From contig NC_069001.1 in the NCBI RefSeq assembly GCF_001194135.2, positions 39,185,197 to 39,249,196 of the forward strand: a stretch of DNA of 64,000 bases. Direction: 5' to 3'. The notes beneath the pieces were generated by a model that saw nothing but the letters and a program-made list of their open reading frames with translations, searched no databases and was not told where the DNA came from. Source of the stretch: Octopus bimaculoides. Lineage: Eukaryota. The position numbers and the translations under genes were made by a program. Shown piece by piece: positions 41,701-53,948 of this stretch. Each line of letters starts with the position of its first letter. Positions within the stretch are counted from its first letter, which is position 1.

Positions 41701-42231
41701 AATTTCCGATGGTTATTTTATTGATTTGCCTCCTGAGAAATCGCTGCTTGCGCTGTTTGGCTCGGCACCAGTTTTGTACTGGTAGGCATAAACATAAAGA
41801 CAGATACACACAGACACATATGAATACGCAGACGTATATGTGTGTGAGTGTGTGTATGAAAGTGTGGACGGGTAGGTGTACATACACATATATACATCAG
41901 ACCTGCCACGTGAACAGACGTTGTAAACGCAGAATCGTTTCTATTTCTTTTTCTCTTGTGCTTCTTATTACTTTTCCTTCAATTTGAAACTTTAGATTTA
42001 TTTTGTATTTCTTTCATCATTGCAGGTATTTTCACTCTACACGTTTTCCCGTTGTTGCTGTCACGTTTTATATTTCTGCCTTTTTACGTGTTTTCATTGC
42101 CTCTTTTAGTGTAATATGTTTGATTTATCCTCATTATTGTTTATTTCTGTAATTTTATATACGTATAACCTTTGGTCAGCATTGAGAAAATCGACTGTGA
42201 TGCGCAGATTGATCATAGGGATGGTACGTAC

Positions 42232-42268
<37 letters not shown>

Positions 42269-43412
42269 GTATGTGTAACGTAATAGTTTAGAAAAAAAAA
42301 CATTCGTTTCATATCTAGCGTGAACTAGACATAAGCCTCAATCATTTAAAATGACAAATAGACTGAAATACGACCGATCATTTCTTGGTTCTTTTCTTTT
42401 TCAAAATGCAGAAGAGGGAAAGACATTTGTTCTACAGACTTCAGTGAAGTGACTGACATTGTGCTAAGCATATTAAATAATCAGAAAGAAAACAAACTGA
42501 AGCAATTTATTTCATTTTCAAAATACTCTTTTTCATTCATCAAAGTTATAAATTATCTTCGTGATCCCTCCTCCCCTCACTTACTCTCTGTCTCCCTCTT
42601 TCTCCCCCTCCATCTCTCCCCTGTGTGTCTCTAGAACCAATTCCTCGGAATATTTTTCGGTTTACATCCCAGGTGTATCTTTGTATATTCGGTTATTTGC
42701 CTCTGTCGGAGACTTTCTCAGATCACTAAAATATAACGTCGTGTATTCTCTTTCATTCTCGGTCTTCTTGCAATCACTCTAAAAATGGCACAATTCAAAG
42801 CAAATATTTTAATATTTATAGTTTGAAGATGAAAAAAATATATATCTACCAGAATCCAAATAATCATGGATATTTAATTATTTAATATTATTTCCCATGG
42901 TTAACAAGAAAACTTTTAAAATTTATTATAATTGAAATAAGAATAAGTGATATTTATGCCTTTCCCAAGTGTATTAGCGTAAGATACAGAATAAAATGTT
43001 CTTCAGCAGAAGACAAAATTCTCTTCATCAGGATGTAAACATTGTTGCTGGTGTGGGCGACTAGGATAAAAACCACTAGATATTATCAGGGGAGTTTTAT
43101 CATGGGAGTGAGTTCGTTTATTTTATGACTCTGGTTAATATTCTGCTATAATATACGCAAATACACTATGACACGATATTCTACAAACATTTCGATACAG
43201 ACTATTTAATTTGTCTGAGATTACTGAAAGAAAATGAATGGTTTTTGTTTATGTAGTTCTTATATTATTTGGTGATTTCCCCCTGGTGTGTGTAACAAGA
43301 AAGAAATATAAAACCAATAGAAAAAGATTTATTAACTTAATATAGATCTTTCCTCCTAATGATTCATACACATAACAATTTGCTGAGAGTTTTCTATCAC
43401 GGAACAGTACAT

Positions 43413-43463
<51 letters not shown>

Positions 43464-43662
43464 CTCCATTTACGTAGTTATGAATTTTTGAACTCTGTTT
43501 AATTAGTTAAATCATATACTTAATATACACATATATATATATAATGTATATATATGTATACACATATATATATATAATGTATATATATGTATACATACAT
43601 ATACATATAATGTATACATACACAGTGAGTACTATATATATATATATATATATGCATACATA

Positions 43663-43876
43663 CAGTAATCCCTCGACTATCGCGGTCGTTGCGTTCCCAA
43701 AACACCCACTGATAGGTGAAAATCCGCGAAGTAGAAACAGAACTGTACTGTATATTTTACTATTATTAATTTTATAATTTGTATATATTTATTTTATAAT
43801 GAATGCAAAGCAACACCATGGAGGAATCGATAGGTGAACCGGGATAGGTGAACCGTGATATGGTGCGGGATTAGAG
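43663..43876. mobile_element. pogo/Tigger-like MITE with TA flanks
   Basis: Left TA-CAGTAATCCCTCGACTATCGCG; right end reverse complement TA-CTCTAATCCCGCACCATATCACG; three subterminal GATAGGTGAA repeats. Confidence 0.75.
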
Positions 43877-43878
43877 TA

Positions 43879-44690
43879 CACTGAACCGCAAAAGAAACGC
43901 GAGAGGTGGGTGAATGTGAAATAGTTTTAATTTCAGTATGTCAGATAAATTTTGATAAATCTGATGAAGTGAATTTTTTTGATGCACTTTGACCTCAGTC
44001 TATGGATCGCTGTCATGTGTTCTGGTAGTGGGCGGATCCAGCATATCGAGATTGTAGGGCGTGACATGTTCAATACTCTGTATGCCCTCCATGGGCGTTC
44101 AAAACGGCTGTACACCGTCGGTACATGGACTGCATGAGGCGGTTCGCAAAAGCCATTTTGGAAAACATTCTCTGATTCAGGCCTATAGAACCCCAAACCA
44201 TGATGCTTTGGCCACCCCACGCGTCTCTCTCCCTGACACATGCGTCTGTGTTGTGTTCACCCCTCCTCTGCCACACCCTCACTCTGCCATCCGAAGTGGA
44301 AACGCTGTACCGGTTCTCGTGAGATAAGTCTATCGGCCTTCATTGCTGATGCCGTCAATGTCGGTGCTGTGTAGCCCACTGTAGTCATGCCTGACGGTGG
44401 CGGGCGGTGAGGACAGGCCCTCGAGCAGGACGGCGGCAACGCAGGTTGTTAGCGACCAGTCGACGTCGTATCATGTCGTCGCTGACGGGTCGCTGTCCAA
44501 TGCCAATTGTCTCGCGAGCTGCTACGCTGATCGGTCTGAAGCGATCACGGAAGTGTTGCAGGTGAATGAAACGATCCTGCCTGAATGTGGTCCCCCAGGG
44601 GCGCCCTCTGCGGACACAGCTAGCAGTGCTGTTGGTGTTGTATTGCTGTTGCGAGCATGTGAACTAAGTTTTAACGTTCGAGCTCACTTC
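43879..44690 (-). mobile_element. Internally deleted Tc1-like transposon
   Basis: DRFIHLQHFRDRFRP, IRRRLVANNLRCRRPARGPVLTARHR, RVWQRRGEHNTDACVRERDAWGGQSIMVWGSI, LMQSMYRRCTAVLNAHGGHTEY*. TIR-like end TA-CACTGAACCGCAAAAGAAACGC at 43879. Confidence 0.88.
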
Positions 44691-44820
44691 TGCTGTTAAC
44701 AGCAATGCTGGGAAGGAAGGTGTGTAGTGTGTGATCGTCGCATTGACCATGACAGAAAGTTGAGCAGAGAATTTGCATCAAATTTTTACGGAAAGCTTGG
44801 CGATACCTGCTTAGAGGCCA
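44691..44820 (+). mobile_element. Mariner (irritans-like) 5' fragment
   Basis: ATGACAGAAAGTTGAGCAGAGAATTTGCATCAAATTT...AAGCTTGGCGATACC, read across frameshifts as MTE..EQRICIKF..KLGDT. Confidence 0.6.
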
Positions 44821-45156
44821 TACATGTACACACATATACATGTATTTATATGTGTACATGTATATGTAGAGAAAGATAGATAGATAGATAGATATTGTCA
44901 GTAATACTTTATGATAAGAGATGTTTGTTAATTTTTCTCATGGAGAGTTTGTTCTCTAAACGTGCCAGTATACTTTTTACATTGCCTCATTGTAAAATGT
45001 TCTTCCTCCTGAAGGTTTTTTTTTTTACTTTTCCTCTGAACTGCAACACAAATGGTGAACGTAAAATGCGGAAGCAGTTAGTTTTAGTTTTAGAATATTT
45101 TATCGAAACGTGCGGAAAGAATGAAGATTTAAATATTAATTGATTTCATCTTCTCC

Positions 45157-45196
<40 letters not shown>

Positions 45197-45448
45197 GTGT
45201 GTACATTATATTTTGGGACACATTCCTGTATGCATGTATGTATGTGTACATGCGTGTAGGTGTGTGTGTGCTTGTGTAAATATNNNNNNNNNNATTAATC
45301 TGCAGATATGGAGATTAAAAATGTGTTCCCTCGCTGTGAATAAAATATAATTTAATTGTAATTTTCCTTTCCGCTAGAAAAAAAACAAGTTAATAAGAAA
45401 TTAACTCAGAGAAAAAAAAAAACATAGCATAATTTCAAAATACACACA

Positions 45449-45480
<32 letters not shown>

Positions 45481-45548
45481 GAAAGCTACAGTCCAAAACG
45501 TCTCGCACATACATGTACACAAAGGTATATGCATATACATACATACGC

Positions 45549-45579
<31 letters not shown>

Positions 45580-45744
45580 ATGTATGTATGTATGTGTGTG
45601 TGTGTGTATGCAAGCTGTTTACACAGGTACATGTTTACGCACAAATAAATACATATATATGCGTATACAAAAAAAATCAATGTATATATGTGTGTATGTG
45701 TATATAGATACACGTGTACATATACATACAGATATAGATGTATG

Positions 45745-45806
<62 letters not shown>

Positions 45807-46521
45807 TGCACATTTGCATATATGTTATATGTATATATATATATATATATACATATGTATATATAAGCATTTATGTATATATTCATATATATATTTCTAT
45901 GTATATACACATATATGTGTATGTATATATGTATACACACACACACACACACGTATATATATATATATACATACACCTTCTCACATGTGCATATATATGT
46001 ACTTATTTATACATAAATACATATAAACACCTCCACAGTGTAGTTTTTTTTCCTGTTTATCGCTCTGTAAGATTAAAAAAAGTAAAAATATCCATTTGTT
46101 AAATTGCCTCACCAATATTTTTCCTTTGTAATTCTTTTCTTGCAGAAACTCGGCCTGATAGAAAGAGGGTGTGTGTGTGTGTGCATTTCGGTATTGGGTA
46201 ACGGATGGATGAGAAGGTGAAACCGTTGCTGAGAGATTGAGAATCTTGTTCTTCGGTTTGGCATCGAATTAAAGATTATAAACCTTGGCGCAGCAATATC
46301 GTAATAGAATTTACAGATTTTTAATTCGGAGAAATTGATTTCAATCGCCAAAATTTGTGAAATTATGAAATTTTCGTTAGAAGCTGTAATGAATATATAT
46401 ATATTTATATATATATATACACACACACACTCNNNNNNNNNNNNNNNNNNNNNNNNNNNNNNNNNNNNNNNNNNNNNNNNNNNNNNNNNNNNNNNNNNNN
46501 NNNNNNNNNNNNNNNNNNNNN

Positions 46522-46561
<40 letters not shown>

Positions 46562-48114
46562 GTATATAATTATACACACATGCACATATACACACATATG
46601 TAGACTCACATATTTATATATATATATACATATAAATATATATAGATATACGTGTGTGCTTACGCGCGCGCGCATGTGCGTAAACAACTACATATATACA
46701 TGTATGATTGCGTATGTGATGAATTGTGGTTATTTTAAAGCACTTTTATGAATAGCAATTGAATATTTACTGATGTTGGACAGAATACTAAATTTTGACA
46801 GGAGGTTTGACTTGATAACGAATTATATAAATATATGGCTATTTGATATTTAAAAACTAGTTTTATAGAAACTTCTTTTGAAAATTCCTATTTTGTTTTT
46901 CACTACATTAACCTGTGTTGGCTGAACTATGTCAGATGTTCGAAACCAACTGTTTCTTGCAATACATACCAATACATCCAGCTAAAACAATTTTTTTTCA
47001 GGGTCTTTTAAAAATACTATTGTGGGCAATTTACTATTTTGTTCCGTGGACCCCACAAAACTTTTATGGACTCTCAGGAGTCACATGAATCTCAGATGGA
47101 GAATTTTGGGAATATCTTACAAAGCTTCACTGTGTCATTGGATTTGGAGAATCTGCGCCAGTTTCTTTTGCTGTCTTTCGGTGAAACCGAGTATTTCTTG
47201 GTTTTTGTGCACATTTGTTGGTAAATAATGATGATAGATTTAAATGAGAATTTCCAATCAGCGTACAAGAGCAGTATGTTTTACATTAACTCACCCCAAA
47301 TGTTTTCTTTTTCCTGGCCTTTTGATTGTACATTCACATCTAATGGGTAGCTGACCCCTACAACAGTGCATGACTCTTTTTCCCCTGTCTCACAGAACAA
47401 TATCAGGTCTGTTACGCTTGCAACGAATTGATGTTTTTATTGGGATGCTCCACCTGTATACCTTGTTTTTAAAGGTGTGAATACCTGCTAGTTCTACGTG
47501 CCTTTGGTGTATGCGTCAGGGCAATCCTTCTTACAAATAACATTGTAAATAGTTTTTACGACTATATCATACCTCAGGGGCAGGTAGTATGTTGGAGTAT
47601 GTATGTATGTATGTACCGATCTACCTACCTATCCATCCATCCATCCATGAGTTCTATAGGACAAACATTATCAGATTTAAAACGAAAATCAGAAAATATC
47701 TTCTAAGATAAACATTTTGTACTCGGCGTTCATATTCAGTAAGAAAACATGGCTGTCTTTTGAAAGAAGATGAAACGAGTATTTCCTTCTCGTTAAAAGT
47801 ATAATTATGACGATACAGTTATCATCTTCCGTTCGCTCACAGCCATAAAAAGATACGATACAGTTCTGTTATTTGGGGGGGGGGGGTTTACTTATAATAA
47901 TTCCTGTGTTTGGTGCAGGGCTTTAAAGTCCCCCCTGCCTCTCTATAGCCATTTATGTATCAATGTTTCTCGGCATTTATTGTAAACAAAACATAGTTTT
48001 CGGCGATATATCAATTAATATTGAGAAAAAATAGAAGTAACTAAGTATGGAAAAATCTTTGTGTTGAATGACTTGAAGGAACAGACATACACCTAGCACA
48101 CACACTCACATGCA

Positions 48115-48220
48115 TAAGTACCTTTATATATATAAGTACCTTTATATATATAAGTACCTTTATATATATAAGTACCTTTATATATAAGTACCTTTATATA
48201 TATAAGTACCTTTATATATA
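48115..48220. repeat. 18-bp minisatellite (TAAGTACCTTTATATATA) x6
   Basis: Five 18-bp units and one 16-bp unit, otherwise identical. Confidence 0.95.
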
Positions 48221-48698
48221 TGTAATATACATTCTCACGCAAAACATACTCCTACAAACGACCGACTACCAAATTCTGCAATCCCAGTATATTTTTGTCT
48301 TAAATCAGCTACACATTCATATGCATGTATATGTGAATATATCTACCTATTTATATATATATATATATATTTGCACACACAATAAAATTATTCACGATTG
48401 TTTTATAATCGCCATTTATTGTAAATGGAAGCCGCAAACAGCTTCATTGAAGAGCAGTGAACTGCAACGAAACAGTCGATTAGGAATCTCTCTCTTTCTC
48501 ACTTATTTCCTCATCAACATCACAGAAAGAATGTGTATTTAATCCATAATGAAGCCTTGTAATGCTTGAATTTATTTCAGTTCTTCTTACTTGCTCTGCG
48601 ATGCGCATCACACACACACACACACAAACACACACTTACCTACCTACCTACCTGAAGAAATTGGAGTCAAGAAGGAGTACGGTTGGACATTTATTTAT

Positions 48699-48742
48699 CA
48701 TTCGCCACAATTGTTTCGACGCAACGTAGTTCTCCAAGAATG
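48699..48742 (-). ncRNA. Degenerate hammerhead-like motif
   Basis: CATTC TTGGAGA ACT ACG-TTG-CGT C GAAAC AATTGT GGC GAATG: 5-bp stem I; two core changes and GTC changed to GGC. Confidence 0.4.
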
Positions 48743-49336
48743 CAAGTATTCCATTATGCAACTGGTTGTTTACCCAATTAGATCCAGTTGTGTTTCCTCG
48801 GGCGATATACGAGTGCTGTCTCAGTTACCTTAAAATCTCCGACGTCAAAGCCGTCTCCGTTCGTCATGGTTTGAATTTACTAACGGCTGATAGAGCCACG
48901 GCGTTTATCGCCAGATTGCATTTGTCGGACTGCTACGAATTGTAGGAGATGGTACTGGCTGCCATTTAAATGAGATTGGTCTTCTGTTTGTTTGTATCTC
49001 TGGTCTGTTCTTCATGGTTGACTACACATGTGAATCTCTTAGGTTGACCTTTAGTATTCAGTTGTCGGATACATACACACACACACAAACTCACACATAC
49101 ACTTTCACACACAAACCTATGTGTATATGCCTATATACACACATATATGCACTCACATACACACATACATTCCCGTACATACGCGTATATACATACCTAT
49201 AGGCAACTGTATATACATATATACACATATGCGTACATATATACATACACCGGTCAACATATACACTTATGCACTAATATATATTTTCTCGCATTTGTGT
49301 GTATATATATATATATACCCACCTTTATACACATAG

Positions 49337-49445
49337 GTAAGTATGTAAACCTTCTTGACGCCAATTTCTTCAATTTTACATTCACACTCGACGAATGGCC
49401 AAACTTAAACTTGGAAGAATATTATAATACTGCCGATAGTACGGG
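49337..49445 (+). CDS. Weak candidate coding exon, unknown product
   Basis: CACATAG acceptor, GTAAGT donor, 109 nt, open frame (G)KYVNLLDANFFNFTFTLDEWPNLNLEEYYNTADST(G). The acceptor is weak and could itself be a donor. Confidence 0.25.
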
Positions 49446-50076
49446 GTAAGTCTAAAGGTGGACCAGTTCTATACTGTACTCTAACACGTTCCTAACGGAA
49501 TGATTTTTTGACCCATTTGTAGAAATATCCTTGGAATATTTTTTGTGCCACTCCATCTTTTTCTTCTACTTTGCTTCTCTTAATTTCCTTTCTCCCCCCT
49601 CTCTCTCTGTCTTTCTCTGTTACCCTCCTCCTACTATCACGTGACCCGTGATGACCTAACGCGGTGTCAGTCTTTCTCGGGTTTCCTTCCACCGTACTGG
49701 ACACGATTTTCTGAGCTCCTCACTCTACCCCTCCCGTGGACAGCCCTTTAGGACAGTTTTCATTTCTCCTTCGTGTTACCCATTTTTGTCTTGTCTTGCA
49801 GCCCCAAGGCTTTGCGTTGTATATTACTAATTTTTGTCTTCCTGTAGTCCTAAGCCTTTATTCTGTTTATTGCCTTGTCCCCCGTCCGTCCACTAACGGT
49901 CTCGTCTCCAGCCCGTTTCCTTTTGTTATGTTTAAGCCCCATTTCAGGCAAGTTTCTTGTCCGTGCCTCCAGAGTAGAAGCAACATTATCGATAATGGCT
50001 GAAGTTGCGTTTGACTCCTCTGATCGATAACAGATGAACAACTTGCAACCTTCTGCGTTTTCTCTCTAGCATTTAC

Positions 50077-50255
50077 GAATCCAACATTGTTTCGACTTGC
50101 ATTCTGTCATGTTTGGAGATGGGGTTGAGTTTGGAGATGGGGTTGAGTTTGGAGATGGGGTTGAGTTTGGAGATGGGGTTGAGTTTGGAGATGGGGTTGA
50201 GTTTGGAGATGGGGTTGAGTTTGGAGATGGGGTTGAGTTACTGATGTCGAGATGT
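50077..50255 (-). CDS. Candidate exon encoding (STPSPN)7, mucin/stalk-like
   Basis: Acceptor CTGACTCTCAACAG and donor GTAAAT, 179 nt. Only one frame is open: HLDISN(STPSPN)7MTECKSKQCWI. Confidence 0.3.
50111..50239. repeat. Perfect 18-bp minisatellite (GTTTGGAGATGGGGTTGA) x7
   Basis: Seven identical units plus a partial unit. Confidence 0.97.
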
Positions 50256-50630
50256 CTGTTGAGAGTCAGATAAGGTTTAAACATTTCTTCATGTGTTCAA
50301 AGGTTGTCTTTTCCATACTATAACTTTCTTTACAAAATGTTTTCCCCAGAAACGAACAGAAAAAACATACATAGAATGAAAAACAAACAACGAGACACAT
50401 ACACACATTTATATATATAAAACGGAAAACGATTGTGAAATGCTAAAACATTAAAGAAGCCACTTAGATATGAATAAATGAATAAAATCAAATTTCAATT
50501 TTAGATAACTTAGTATTTTTCTTAGTTTAATTATACATAAGTATTGGTATACACACACACACTCACACATAAGAGCGTACATATATTTAGCACATATGTG
50601 TGTGTATGTGAGTGCGCATGCATATTTGTA

Positions 50631-50675
<45 letters not shown>

Positions 50676-50870
50676 TTATGTACGTGTATGTATGCTTTAT
50701 ATTCAAATAAATATACATTTATTGGAAAATAACTAAAATACATATATATTCATATATTCGATAACATATGTATATATATACATATATATATGTGTGTGTA
50801 TGTGTATATATATATGGGTGTGTGTGTGTATATATGCATATGCATATATATATATATTTATATATATATG

Positions 50871-50915
<45 letters not shown>

Positions 50916-51295
50916 AGATAGAGGGGGAGAGAGAGTTATAGTGGTCTAGTGTGCGTATAAGGTAAAGTGAATATTTCTAAAATTATCATGAAGTTAATTG
51001 GATTTTAAAGACGGCATCGCTTTATTAGAAATGAAATGTGGAGGAAGGGTGGGGAGGGGACGAAGTCGAATTAAAGGAGACGTGTGTGGTTGGGTGTGTC
51101 AGTGTGGCTGTGCATGTATGGAGACGCAAAGAGATTATGTAACATCACATATATATAAACTTATATATATATAATACACACACACACACATATTTGTTGA
51201 TATATATGCACACACAAAAAAGACATTGTTTTATGTATGAATTTACACACACATGTATGTACATACATATACACATTCGCTCACACCCAATCATA

Positions 51296-51326
<31 letters not shown>

Positions 51327-51388
51327 AATGTATACAAATATATATGCGTGTATATATATATATATGTGTATATATATATATATATGTG

Positions 51389-51420
<32 letters not shown>

Positions 51421-52160
51421 GGAAATGATAGATTTGTAGACACATTTATATACAGGTAGACTTACAGATAGATATCATATATGTATGCTTATACCTCTCC
51501 GAATACCTACCTACCAACATACATTCATGCAGACATACACGCATATAAATAGGCACATGTATGCACACGTCCGTATATATATATATATATACATACATAT
51601 ATATATTAAAAAAGAGAGAGGGGAAGAGAGAGAGAAAAAGGAAGGAAAGAAAGAAAGAAAAGACGAGTGTAAGTGTGAGGTAGAGAGAAGTAGATAGAGA
51701 GATGTGTATATAATCCACGTTGTTGTAAAAGTCGGGGTGGGCGTAGAAGCAGTGAAGAAAGAAGCTGAATGATGGCAAGTGGTTTGTGAATGACACTAGT
51801 AAATGGTTGATGTAAAATTTGTCGGTTAATTACGTCTACTTAACCAGAAAATATAGATTGGAAATCATCTGTCTGTTCTGAGATCAAAGAACGTCAAAGA
51901 TATCTTTGCTCCAAGACAATTCCTTGACATATTCCTTAGTTTAGCTTTGATTTTAATGAGTTTTGTTTTTGGAATAATTTCTTTGTCATTTCGATAGCAG
52001 TGACATTACTAAAATTTTTATGGCATTGGTAGACATTTGGGGCTAGCGGTAAGAGCTCTAAATCCACCGAGGGCTTTCATTCTTCCAAGCACCAATGTAA
52101 TATAAAGGCCAATGATGTATTTTGTCTCATTTTTAAGGAATCCTATAAACTAGCCTAAAA

Positions 52161-52397
52161 TATGTCAAGCCCAGAGTGATGAAAGACAAAATGACCCTCG
52201 GCGGGATTTGAACTCGAAGCGTAGAGAGCGCGAAGGAATTCTTTTTTTTTGCGTTCTGACTTGAAATCCTGTCGGGGTTAGCTTTGCCACCATCACTCCA
52301 AGGTCGATAAAATAAGTATCGGTTGAGCACTGGGGTGGATGTCATCTACCAGCCCTTTCCCGCCAACATTTTAGTCCTAGTGCCTATAGTAGAAAGG
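52161..52397. mobile_element. Two family A SINE fragments in inverted orientation (52161-52230 minus, 52251-52397 plus)
   Basis: ATGAAAGACAAAATGACCCTCGGCGGGATTTGAACTC, then CGTTCTGACTTGAAATCC...GGTCGATAAAATAAGTATCGGTTGAGCACTGGGG. Confidence 0.75.
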
Positions 52398-53911
52398 TGA
52401 TTATTATTATTATTATTGACTCACATAGAATGAAACTTGTTTATGATTTTGTTCTCAAAAGCCATTACATTTCAAGCAGAACGAAATTAAATTTTCATTG
52501 GATTACTGCAAAAAACATTGTAACTGGCTAAAGAAATGCTGTCCTCTGGGGTTCTGAAGGGTACCTTTGAGTGTCCTAATTTTCATAAATGTTAGGAGGG
52601 TAGAATCCTTCTGACCAAACTTAACCATAAGTGTCAAACGTGGGAGCGGTGTGGTAGGGTGTGAGGATTCGGGTGGGCTGTCTCATGCGGTGTTCTCACT
52701 TGTATCGGGGGGTTGGCGATATCCTAAACTATTTTCATCTTCAAGTAAATCACTTATGTTGTTATAATTATTGTTTGCTTTATATAATTTTATAATTATC
52801 TGTTCTTTTTTCATGATCATATTTAATAAATATATTTTGAACGTCCTTCCAAATCCGTTTCTCAGTCAATAATTTTGCTATGACGATCCCTATATGTTGT
52901 CGAACGGCCTGGAGTTAACGCTTAGTGTATTGTTAGAGCCCTTGTGGCTAATTAAATATAAAATGTCACACTCATCCACCTTGCCAGGAGGAGGAAAAGG
53001 GTTTAGAGGGAGATACTCTAAGCTTAGCTATCTGAATGCCCCTATGGCAAATAAATGAAATTTTCCCCATTATTATTAGTCTCTCTGCAATTCTAGTTGG
53101 TGTCTTTATTGTATCCTATTCCTCTATTCACGTAAAGCCATCACATCCCAAACTCAGCGTCTCGTACCAATTGTCTGCACCAATCCTCTTTCTCCTTTGA
53201 GACGCTCCACTGTCTTTTCACAATCAGACCTATATCCGGTTTCTATTCTCTTCTTCCTTTTTCTTTTCTCAATTAACTTTCTACAAACAAATAACTCTTT
53301 CTGCATGATTTACCAACTCTTTCGTTTCGTTTTATGCAGATTTTCTACGTTCCATTTCTATTTTTAAATACACATATTTTATCATTTATATTTTGTATAA
53401 TTTCTTTTCTTCTTCAAAATTCCCGATCTATTTTTGTCCTCTATTCGTTTTTCGGTATTCTTTTATAACAATAGGCAAATGCCAGATCGATTTTTCTTTC
53501 CTCCAACGCCGTTAGTTATTTTCTATACAACACTATCAACTATTTTATCGACATCCTCTTTCTTATCTTCGTCAAGATATTTACATCAGACAACTTAATA
53601 CAGCAATTATAGAGAATTTCTTTAGTGTTTTGTTTGTTTCTAAACATGGTCGTTTGTCGAAAAGTTCGGTGGGGATAGCCACAGCAAAGGGCAAAAAGGG
53701 ACAAACTATATAAAAAAAAATTAAAAAAACACGAACGAAACAATAAATAAATGCAACAAAAGGAAACAAAACATGTTGAAACAGAAATGTTTAGTTTATT
53801 TCTGGCAAAATATTGAGATAAGATGATGGCGAATCATGTTAACGAACCAGGTACACAAATATACGCATACATATAGTCATGCATGCATGCATACATACAT
53901 GTGTGTGTGTG

Positions 53912-53948
<37 letters not shown>

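Noticed and set aside
42634-42782. Second half of the SEA domain
   Set aside because: No GS(V/I)V motif and no suitable donor before the stop.
48440-48485. Hammerhead-like TTGAAGAGCAGTGAACTGCAACGAAACAGTC
   Set aside because: No stem I complementarity and stem II is out of register.
49500-50030. Possible R4/Dong-like ORF fragment on the minus strand
   Set aside because: Only a weak W..K..QG.F resemblance across a frameshift.
50080-50118. Hammerhead-like GAC...GTCGAAACAATGTT on the minus strand
   Set aside because: Core has three mismatches and there is no convincing stem I.
50111-50239. CRISPR array or RNA polymerase II CTD
   Set aside because: No spacers; the unit is a hexapeptide without Tyr, not YSPTSPS.
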